NCBI GenBank assembly: GCA_001643675.2
Contig: LSRY02000025.1
Coordinates: 620,001 to 684,000 of the forward strand
Direction: 5' to 3'
Length of the DNA: 64,000 bases
Origin: Monocercomonoides exilis PA203
Taxonomy: Eukaryota > Protista > Preaxostyla
Shown here: positions 53,483 through 64,000 of the stretch, one piece after another
Position numbering within the stretch: the stretch's first letter is position 1
Layout: every line of letters begins with the position of its first letter
Made by a program: the position numbers and the translations under genes
The notes under the pieces: model-generated
Told to the model about the DNA's origin: nothing
Databases searched by the model: none
The model's input: only the letters and a program-made list of their open reading frames with translations

Positions 53483-54966
53483 ATGTTTTCACTTCTTACA
53501 ATATTTTTGTGGATCATTTCAACATTCGCTGAAGTTTATTTTACAGAAGAATTTGATTGTTTGTGAATTGCTTTGATTTTCTTTTGCTTTTTATTTTACT
53601 TTAAAATCTTTTTCTAACTCTATTATTCCAAATCTAAAAACGCTTTGTTTATTTCATTTTAGATACATGGAGATCTAGATGGGTAGAAGGAAAATATTAT
53701 GAAAAAGATGGACTTCAAGGGAAATGGGGATGGCAAATACCTTTATATTACAATAAAAAGGAGCTTGATTTCTGTCTATCGACAATTGAAGATAAAAAAT
53801 ATTATCAAATCAGTTGCGATATGGGGAAAACTTTTTCTACAAAAGATAAAGATTTGATTGTTGCATTTACAGTGAAAAATCAAGAAGAAACAAGATTTGC
53901 AGGTGGTTACCTGAAGCTATTTCCGGAAGGCATCGATCAAGAACAACTAAATACGCAAACACCATTTTATTTAATGTTTGGGCCAGACTGGAACGGAAAA
54001 CTGAACAACATGCTTCGTGTTCTTATCCGATATAATAACCGAAACTTTGAGTTGCGCTCACATCACGCTTGTCCACCAGATAAGAACACATACTTATACA
54101 CTTTCATAATCCATCCTGATTGGACATATGAAATTCATCTTAACGATCAGTTGGAAAGAAAAGCTCCCATGGAAGAGGAATTTGACTTTGTTAGACCTCG
54201 TCTGATTCCAGATCCAAATGCGAAAAAGCCTGATGATTGGGAAGACGAAATGGAGATATACGATCCATCTGATAGAAAGCCAGCTGACTGGGACCAGCCG
54301 ATGGTTGTTGACGACCCAACTGATGTGAAGCCCGAGGATTGGAACGAGACAACGATGGGTGAATGGAAACCACGTAGAATAGCCAATCCCCTGTACAAAG
54401 GAACGTGGTATCCTCGCATCATCCCCAACCCGAAATACAAAGGCCCATGGGAGCCTCCGCTGGTTCCCAACCCGCTCTTTGAGAAAGAGAAAGAGACGTA
54501 CCACTTCTCGAAAGTCAGATATGTTGGGTTTGATGTGTACCAAGAAAAATGCGGCACACTCTTCGATAAAATATTCATTGGGGATGACTGGGCAGAGTAT
54601 CGTGCGTATTTGGCTGTTACGTGGGACCCATTCCACCGCGCAGAGGTGGAAGGCGAGAAGAAGAAGTCTGGATCGGCAGATGTGAGGGACGCAAAGCCGA
54701 TGGGAGTGGCGAATCTGAACTCTCGGCAGGAGAGAGAGAAGAGGAGGAAAGAGGAAGAAGACAGGATGATTGAAAGGAAGCGGAAGGAGCTGGAGGAAGA
54801 GGCAAGAAGGAAGAAGCTTCTGGAAGAAGAAGAGGAGGAAGAGGAAGAGGAATTCGAAGAAGACGAAGACGATGAAGAAGAAATTGATGTGGATGAAGAG
54901 ATATCCACAAAGAAAGATAAAGGCACCACAAAGAAGGGGAAAAGCGATGAGAAATATGAACTCTGA
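53483..54966 (+). CDS. CALR: Calreticulin (459 aa). Exons 53483-53558, 53663-54966
   Basis: Signal peptide, EVYFTEEF, GGYLKLF, YLMFGPD, P-domain repeats (IPDPNAKKPDDW, KPADWD, KPEDWN, GEWKPRRIANPLYKG), acidic tail, C-terminal KYEL. Confidence 0.95.
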
Positions 54967-55268
54967 GTCTTGTTTAAGAGCAAACATCCCGTAGAACCAA
55001 TGAGCGCTATGCATTGGTGGATCGCTGCCCTTTTATTCTTCTATGTTGATATTTCTATCTTTATCATTTCTAGATTTTGAAGGATCTTACAAACTTTTTT
55101 TTTCCTTTCATATTTAACACATTTTGTTCATTTTGTCTCATAATAGGTATTTTTTTTAAAAGAAATAAAAGAATTGCGTATACATTGATTTGTTAGAGTT
55201 TTTCTTAATATATTGAAAGGTTCAATTTTTTTTTATTTTAACTTACTTTTTCAAAGTTTTTGAAAATA

Positions 55269-55517
55269 GTGAGTCACAAATCCGGGACATATTACAAATC
55301 CGGGAAAGTGCATAAATTTCAGGTTTGATAAAACTTTTCGCTCATCCATTTGTTTCAAATTACATAAATGAAGCATTTGAAGTTAAAAAAGCAATTTTTT
55401 TAACTTCAAATGCTTCATTTATGTAATTTGAAACAAATGGATGAGCGAAAAGTTTTATCAAACCTGAAATTTATGCACTTTCCCGGATTTGTAATATGTC
55501 CCGGATTTGTGACTCCC
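55269..55517. mobile_element. 249-bp hairpin MITE: 122-bp arms, 5-bp loop, TA target duplication
   Basis: Arms 55269-55390 and 55396-55517 are reverse complements apart from one near-terminal mismatch (GTGAGTCAC vs GGGAGTCAC); TA at 55267-68 and 55518-19. Confidence 0.92.
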
Positions 55518-56743
55518 TAAATATCAAAGTCAGAGTCTTCGATTGGCCAAAAATAATAATTTTGAAAATTCATGATGAATTTTCTAACATACGAAAAGGA
55601 AAATTCGTTGAAATTAGATTTTAGAGGCTCCAAAACAATAATAAGTTAACTCATAGAAAGAGAAATTTCTTGGAAAAAAAACATCCTTTTTGATATAGAA
55701 GAATGGGTTTTTGAATTTTTGAAAAGCTTTCTATTTAAGTAATTTTGCATATTATTGATGATATAGCCAGTACATTATCGTATAATTTAATAAACTCACA
55801 GATACATCAATATTTTCTCTTTTGAACTGCGTCTTAGAAATAATAGTTCAAAACATTAAATATCAAAATATTTTGATTTATCAGAACAAAAAGTTTTCTG
55901 TTTTATATTTCTTTATCTTGCAATAGAATTTTAATTCAGATGAAATACTTCTGACATCATTCTCAATCTCTATATTGAGAAAATGGATTTATTAAAAGTA
56001 TTTAAAAATGGAGGCATAACCTTCCTGCTTTGCTTGTTGACGTTAAAACAATAAGAAGAAAAGCAAATATGAATATTAGAAAAATGACAAGAAAGAAAAT
56101 GAGCAAACAATTGGGGATGAAGACAATAGAAAAGAAATCATATCTATGGAAAAGAATGCTTAAAAGAATCAAAAAAATTTTTTCAATATGATTAACTACA
56201 ATTCATGGATCATAGACCGGTACGTGAATATCAAAGTTAGGGTATGATATTCAATGTATTTTACTTTTTTTTTTTTTATCTGTTTGTTTCAAATTTTGCA
56301 ATATGAATTGAGTGTTTTAACTAGGAGAAGTGCATATTTAATTCATTTTTTTCCATGCAAATATTTCAAATTTTATGCAAACATTTTAGTAACAGAAATT
56401 GTTGTTAGCCTTTTGCATTGACGATTGAAGAGAAACAAAAAGAAACAGAAAATTGAAAGAAAGAAAATAAGGAGATTCATGGGAAAGCGGGGAAGATTTG
56501 AATATTTTTATTGGTTCGGAGCATGTGTGATGATTGAAGCAAATGAAAAAATTCGAGCTAATGATTTCCAATAAGTTTTCTTTATGAATTATTGATTTTC
56601 ATTTCTTTTCCTTTATTAAACGTTGCATTGAACTGAAACATGCCTGCACATTTCCGGAGTGGAATCAGTCAAAGTCATAATTGATGAAAAAGAAAACAAA
56701 ACACTCTGTAATTTGAAAGTAATGGTTCAGATCGATTCTGGAA

Positions 56744-59700
56744 ATGAAATGGCTTCTTGCTTGGGAATTCTTCATGGAATGTCATGAGGAATATTTTGGA
56801 TGCACAATGCACAATAATTGTGCAATTGATACGGAAGAAAAGAAATACGAAAGCGAACTGGAAAATGATTTTGTGTTGTTTAACAGTTCGCTTTCTTTGA
56901 AAAAAATGAAGTTCTTTTCTGGTGAAAGGGTTGGAGGAATAACCATTGTCTCTGATTCGGTCGTATCTTTGAAAGGTTGCTCCTTGATGCTAATGGGAAC
57001 AAGGAAAAGAAGTTTCTTTATGTGCGGGAAAGGAAGAATATCCATTTTTAACGGATCTTTACTCAAAGATAGCTCTGAATGCCTGATACCGCCGCTTGTT
57101 TCTCCTTCAAAAGAAGAAATGAATTGGATCCATTCCGGGATTTTATCGGTTGCATTTTCAGTGTTTGGATCATTTCAAATTGCAGAGAAGCCATTTATGG
57201 ATTTCAGCGCTGCTGAAGGGATTTCAGTTGAAAGCACGAAATTCAGCAACATATCCTTTGCGAATACAAATGATTGCGCACTACCAAATTATTGTGGCAT
57301 GCCTCAAGCGAAAATCACTTTAAAAAGTTGTTCTTTCAATACGGTGGAAAATGTTTTTGAGGGAGGAATTACTCGTTCTATCAACTCGGGATTGATTGAG
57401 ATGTGTTCATTAAATAACACACTCTGTTCGTGCCTTCGAAGTTGGAATTACCACAATCCAAATATGACGCACCAATTCAATCCAACAGAACTCAATTTTG
57501 AAAGGGACGAATGGCACAATGCTCATGCAATTGAAAATTTCACGTATTTTTCTGACACTTCTTCAGGAGGTGCTATTTGCTTAATTCAGCAAGAATCAGC
57601 TTCTGTTTTTATTTCAAACTGTTTGTTTGATAATTGTAGTTCGAATTTTTACGGAGGAGCAGTATTTTGCAAAGAAATATTCTCAGTAGATGTTAAAGAA
57701 ACTTCTTATAAAAATTGTTCGACAAAACACGGAGATGGGGGAGGTATTTGTTTGATGACTGTTTCTAATTGTTTTTTGATAAAAGAAAATTCATTTTTTA
57801 ATTGCTCAAGTTCAACATATGGAGGTGCAGTTTATATAACATTCTCAAATTTCGATGCGGGTTGTGTTGGGATGGAAGATGATGTCGGAAGCAATGCATG
57901 CATTGATAACTGCTTTTTTAATTCCTGCACAATCAAAAATGATGGAGGAGGGACCTTTTGCATCGATGTTCAATCTGCTCCATTTGTCATGAGAAGTTGT
58001 TCGTTTTTTCATTCAAAGGCAAACAACATGGGAGGTGCACTTTACATGACATTCGACAGGCAAACCAACAAAAATCTTATTCCTTTGTTATTTTGTTTTT
58101 TTCATAACTGCTCTATTGTTGCTTCAGCAAACAAGTTAGGCGATATAATATATCTAAAGGATTATTCACGAATGAGAATTTCTCCTCCTCCATTTGTGAG
58201 TTGCTTCACCACAATCAATTCGTTGCAAGCAGTTTATGCATTTGCTCCTAATGAAACTGCCACATCTTTGTGGCTTCCAGCTCAGCAGTTTCATTATCTT
58301 GGTGTTCTCGGAGACGATACGAGGAATGAATGCGGGTTGAGTTCTCTATTTCCGTGCAAAACAATAAAACGAATTTTGAGCAGAGACCTAAATTCGTCGA
58401 TTTGGGTGATTTGTGTTGGAGTTAGTATACATTTGTCGGAAGAAGAAAGAATCAATGTCCAGTCGAGTGTTATTTTCCTGTTTGGAGAAGGAATAGAAAA
58501 AAGTTTATTATCAACAGTAAAAATTAACGATGCAAATTGCGACTTTTCAATAAAACATGGGGAGATATTGATAAGGATGCTGACCATCGAGCGATCAGGC
58601 TTCAAACCAGGCATTGTTTTATTTGAAGTGATGAATTCAGGAAAGCTGACTCTGGAAAATCTGAAAGTCAATTCAACAAGAGAAAACACTTTGTTAACTC
58701 CATTCACTTCACATTTGATAAAATGCGAGAGTTATGGTTCTGTTTCTCTTGAAGGAGTTTCAATAATTGGGATTATTATGGATGACATCCCCCTTCTTCC
58801 AAAAATAACCACTGATTTTATCGTATCAAATTGCACGTTTATTAAAATCATTCGGAAAAGAGGGAATGGAAGTGTGGTGCAACAGACAATAGGATGCTCC
58901 GAAACAATAAAAATTGATAACGTTTCAATTTCAGAAAGTCGTAGCGAGGCTGGAAATGGGGGAGGAATGAGCATCGTGATGGAGGATACAGGGAGCTTGA
59001 TCATGGGTGCTGCTGAGGAAATGGAGTTTAAGAGTTGTGGCGCAGGAAACAATCAGACAATAAAAGGGAGAGGAGGAGGATTATTTCTACAGGTGGAAGG
59101 AAATGTTGCTTGTTTGTTGTTGAAAATGCTTCAGTTTCAGAACTGTGATGCATGGAAAGGGAAGAATATATTTGTGGAAGCTGAACGAATAGGTAATGTT
59201 GTGAACAGGGAGCGTTTTGCATATTGTTTATCACTTGATCGAAGCAAAGAAGAGGAGGCTATGGGAATGAGCAGGGAGCATGAGGAGTTCTATGTTCCAT
59301 TACTGTTCTATTTGCAGAGCTCGTTTGACGGACCGGCATTTGTTGGTGGGGTGAACAACCTTGACTTTGACCAATGCGGTTTCAGTGGATATCCGTGCTC
59401 GTCGATTTGGCATACCGTTGAATTGCGTTTCAAATCATCGACTCGAGAAATCCAAGTGAATGAGGGGTTTGAATGGAGGGAGATCGTGGAGATGAAGGAT
59501 TATGAATGGAATATACGTGCAGGGCTGAAAGGAAGGAATGTGAAAGTATCTCCACAAGGAGATGTACCTGAAAGTGGAATGATTGTAGTGAGCAAAAAGT
59601 CAACTTTGGTAAATATCTCATTTGTACTATGTTCTTCTCTCTCTGGTAGTGCCACAACGTTCATCAGTTGCTTATCGGATGAGTTGGATGTTGTGGATTG

Positions 59701-62700
59701 CTCAGCATTGCCTCTTTCAGAAAGCTCGAGTTTTTGTGTAACGTACAATTTTGTTGAAGGCTTTGGAGGGATAGTGAAATTTGATTCGTTCGAGCAAATT
59801 GCTTGTGTGATTACAGAAGCATGTGGTCTGATAAGGATAAATGGAGAATGCTCGCTGGAATGCAATCTGTGTTCTTTTGGAATGATACAGAAGCAAAATG
59901 GAAATGGAGGATGTATAGAAGTTAGGAGAAGAAGTGACGGACAAGGAAGAAGAGATATAAAATTTGATGGGTGTTCTTTCAGCAACTGTTGCGTGAAGGA
60001 AAATAGAGGATGTGGCGGAGGAATGTATGTCGAGCTTGGATCTGATGATTATCTCATAGTGAATGGATCAAGCATTTTTGAAGGTTGTTGTGCGCAATAT
60101 TCTGCATCAGGAAAAGGCAAAGGAGGAGGGCTGATGATCGAAGTGAATGATGCATCAGGGACTTTTATAATTGGAGAGGACGTGGTGTTTTCCAATGAAA
60201 TTGTTAACGAAGCAAGTTGTGGGAAAGATTTGTTTGTTGGATGTGAAAGTGGAGTTCTGTTGAATGAGTTTATCTTCGCAGACAGGATGAGATTTTTTGA
60301 CAATTCATCTGAGCCTTCAGACATACTGAAAATGAGTGGAAGCGAAAATGGGATGGATGAGCCCATCCTTCCATTACACATCTTTTTATATACTCTTTCT
60401 TCAGCAGTTATTGTTGATGGGAATGCTGGAACTGATCACAGCTATTGTGGGTTTTCGTTTTTCCCGTGCTGTACTATTAATTTTTGTGGAAAAGAGAGAA
60501 TTTCAAGAAATTCTAATCAAATGAATCTTATTTCCTCCACTGCTATTAATAGCGAAATGATTTTTTCTGAATTTCCTATTGTAATAAACGCAACTTTGAG
60601 CAACATCCATGTAACTGTTAGTGACGAAGGACCGAGTAGAAAATGCAGCATGATTGATTATTCAGTTCCTATGAGAATAATGCAATTGATATTTGATCTT
60701 CCACATTCGTTTCAATCTCCGCATTCTTCGTTCGTCGCATCTTCCGTCTTTCTGAAGATGCGGTATTGTGAATTTTGTTTTCCTTATTCTCCATCAGGAC
60801 TTACGATTGGATTCGGCTTGATCGAAGCAAAAGGAGGAGACGTCGAATTAGATGGATTGATGATGACAGATGCAGTTAGTTTTAATTTTAATTCTGTTTT
60901 CTGCATGGAGAATGTTAATTGCGTTGCTATTGAAAATTGCACTTTTGCAGGATTGACGCGAGAAAATGGGGATGGAGGTTGTATTGCTTTGAATGGAATG
61001 TCTGGAGACGAGCCATCAGTTCTAATATCTAATAGTTCCATTTCTTCTTCATGTGAAGGTGGATTCATGCAAAAAGGAGGTGGAATAAAGACGCATTTGT
61101 CCTTTTGTGCAGAACTTTCGATTTCGAAGTGCAAGTTTTTAAGTTGCTCAGTCCCAGCGTCTGAAAGAGAGGAAATTGGAAATGGACTTGGTGGAGGATT
61201 GTTCATTGATACTGCAAGTGAATGTGAAACATTTCAATTGAAGGAACTGGTTTTTGAGTCGTGTATTGCATGGAGTGGAAATAATTTGTTTGTGGGAGCA
61301 AATTTTCTTCAACAAGTTATTTCAACAACTTCCCTTGCTTTTGACAGAGTGGGAATGAAAAGAAATGATTTAATTGGACAGGAACGAGGAACTGTAAATG
61401 ACAAATTTTATGTTCCGCTTGAACTCTATTTTCTATATTTTGGAGATAAGGGGCATGTAGGAAGCGAATTTAATAATGGATTTGATCACACTGGATGCGG
61501 ATACGAGGATTACCCATGCAGAACAATACCATTTCTCCTGAACTTAAGACATGACACATTTTCATCTTTTGCACATATAGTTTTGCTTTCTTCATTTATT
61601 TTTAGAGATGCTTTAATTTTTGAGACAATGGAAATGGTGATTGGTGTGAAAATGGAAATGACAGAAATTAAAACCAGTTCTGAAGGAATTTACGATGGAG
61701 AGGGATTGATTGAAACACACAACAAGATAACGTTCGAGGAAATAACGTTTTCTATTCCTCAGAACTTTTCTAGAGCTCAGCGGAAATCTCATTTTCTGTG
61801 TCTCGAAGGAATTTTAGTTTTGACGGACTGTTCATTGAAAGCACATCGGGGAGTTCCAACGTACAATTTTGTCACGGCAAAAGGAGGAAAAGTTTGCATT
61901 TATAATTTTTCACTGTCATTGCTGGAGTATGGAACAGCATGCATTATTGAGATAAGTGGAGAAGAAACACAAGGATTTCTTTCTGAGATGAAGTTTGAGA
62001 ATGTTAGGAAAGATGGTGTTGGAGGGTTAATTTCGGCAAGAGAGGGCTCAATACTAGTTATGGAAAACTCAGAAATAAGTGGCCCGCAACAATTTAGGAG
62101 GCACGGAGCTATTATTATTGATGAATCCTCGTCATTAGAAGTGAAAAAATCAAATTTCTCGCTTTTGACTAGAGAAGCGGGAAATGGAGCGGTGACAGAT
62201 GCAAAAATTGGAAGAAGAGGAAAGATGGAAATGTTTGAATGCATAATTTCATCTGTTGCGTGTATTGAACAAGAAGCAAGAGGAGGAAGTATTTTTGCCA
62301 CTGTAGAAGGAGGAGGGATGTTTGTGTTCGAGAATAACACAATTGAAGGAAGTGAAGTGAAGGTGGCAAATGGGCTAGGAGGGGGATTGCATTTAAGTTT
62401 CGGAACAGTTGATGTTGAATATTCAATGAGACAGAACAAGTTCATCGGAAATAAGGCGATGCTTGGATATGACGTTTATCTTGTTTGTTCAGCTCCTCGA
62501 TTAGTTGTCAATAGAAACAAGTGGGCAGGATCAGCGACAGAGGAGCAGGACGAGAAAACGTTGTGGGTTATTGATCCAGAGCATCCATCTGGAAATGATT
62601 CGATGATGAAGTATTTATTTGGACATCCAGAGAGCATTGTGTATGTCAGCACTGAGATGGGGCAAATGGAAGGATGTGGATCAGAAGATTTTCCATGCTA

Positions 62701-64000
62701 TGAAATGTCGTATGGATATTTGCAAATGGTTGAAGAGCAAGACACAATAATGGTTCTTTTGTCTTGTGAACTGAACGGTGAAATCAATCGAGAGAAAGAT
62801 CCTATGACAATTTGTGGGAAAGGCGAGAACGGAAGTGAGCTGAGAGTGGGCAAAGAAGGACATTTGTCCGTTCCAGTCGGAACGAGCCTGATGCAGTTAA
62901 CAATTGAACGAATCAAATTTGTTCTACCAACAGAGTCTGTTGAAGATGAGCTGGTGAAAGTTGGTGTTGGTACTGTTTATTTTGTGTTGTGCACATTTGA
63001 TGGAAGAGATGAAGCCCTTTCGCAAATAAGCCTGATGATTGTGCGAGGGTGTGGAGGGTCAGTACAGTTTGACAGGACATGCGTAAATGGGATGATGTTT
63101 TTACAGAGGAAAGGGATAGCTTATCTGAGTGGAGGATCCTTAGTTATTTTGGGTTCGAGAATGGAGAATATTACTACGAGCTGAAATGTTTTATTGTGCG
63201 AAAATCAAGGAAAAGTGGAGATTAAGGGTAATTGTAGCTTTGTTAATTGTACTTCAGGAGAAGATGGAGGAGGTCTGAAAAGTTGCATTGGTGCCAATGG
63301 AAGATTAATTGTTGACAACTGCACAATACAGAAGAGTCTTTCAAAGAAGGAGGATGGAAAAGGAGGTGGTATTTTTATCGATCTTTGTCATGGGGGAGAA
63401 TCTTTGTTTATTTTTGAGAAAATTGTATTTTTAGAGAATGCAGCTTGGGAAGGGAGGGATGTGTTTATAGTATGTTCTGATCTGAATGAATCTGCAACAA
63501 AAGAAAGATTTGATATGGAGCTCATTAATGATATGCAAAAAGGGATTGTTGACATGAAAGGAATAGATACAATCAGATTTTTAGTTCCAGTTGATCTTCT
63601 GTTATTCGTTGTCCAACGAAAAACAGATAAAATCGAAGTATCCCCAGATGGATTTGACTTGCTTGGTTGCGGAGTTCATGATCTTCCATGTAATACGTTT
63701 TGGAGAGGGTTTGAGAATTTGAAGGCAAATCTATCATCTAAGAAAATAAAGATTAAAGAATGGTGTGACATTAATAACACGTATGATTTATCCAGATTTT
63801 TTGTTGCATCTGCTGAGGATGAAAAGAAGGCATCAATGAGAATAGGAAACAAAAATTGTGGTGATATTGAAGAAGCAATATTTATGAACAAGGAAACACT
63901 GAAGATAAATTGGATATGGTTTGAAATGATGGGAACTTCTTCTTTCAGACAGAAAACAATAATTTTGTCAGAAGGAGAAGAATCAAATCTAGTATTGTGG
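56744..64000 (+). CDS. Giant Cys-rich Pmp/adhesin-like beta-helix surface protein; internal TGA at 63182-63184; runs off the window; possibly a recent pseudogene
   Basis: Repeated FxxC...GG[AG][ILV] motifs and a module of about 350 aa marked by CGxxx(x)PC (CGLSSLFPC, CGFSGYPC, CGFSFFPC, CGYEDYPC, CGSEDFPC). The same frame stays open from 63185 to 64000 with a sixth motif, CGVHDLPC. Confidence 0.85.

Noticed and set aside
54094-55014. Long antisense ORFs (306 and 278 aa) over calreticulin, and similar shadows over the ARM, TTC29, HID1 and Pmp-like genes
   Set aside because: Expected stop-poor shadows of biased coding strands; no independent motifs

Overview
Eukaryotic, AT-rich genomic DNA with short GT-AG introns and the standard genetic code. 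Gene families, intron style (GTTTG/GTGTG/GTACG donors) and Ser/Glu-rich insertions suggest an oxymonad such as Monocercomonoides; this is inference, not a database match. Housekeeping-type genes: a ~11 kb multi-exon armadillo-repeat gene, a PHO80/P-type cyclin, HID1, a divergent calreticulin, a multi-pass membrane protein and a secreted CxxxC-rich protein. Expanded lineage families: three copies of one hypothetical helical family sharing intron positions, and Pmp/adhesin-like GGA[ILV]-repeat surface proteins, one of which continues in frame past an internal TGA. DNA transposon material is abundant: an intact pogo/Tigger transposase with one TIR, a decayed Merlin element, two hairpin MITEs and a 1.5 kb palindrome with apparently identical arms bounded by poly-A/poly-T. 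The most striking coding observation is a two-exon gene (40897-46765, minus) that fuses a TTC29-like flagellar TPR protein to a complete ACOT/BAAT-type thioesterase fold whose catalytic Ser and His appear to be lost.
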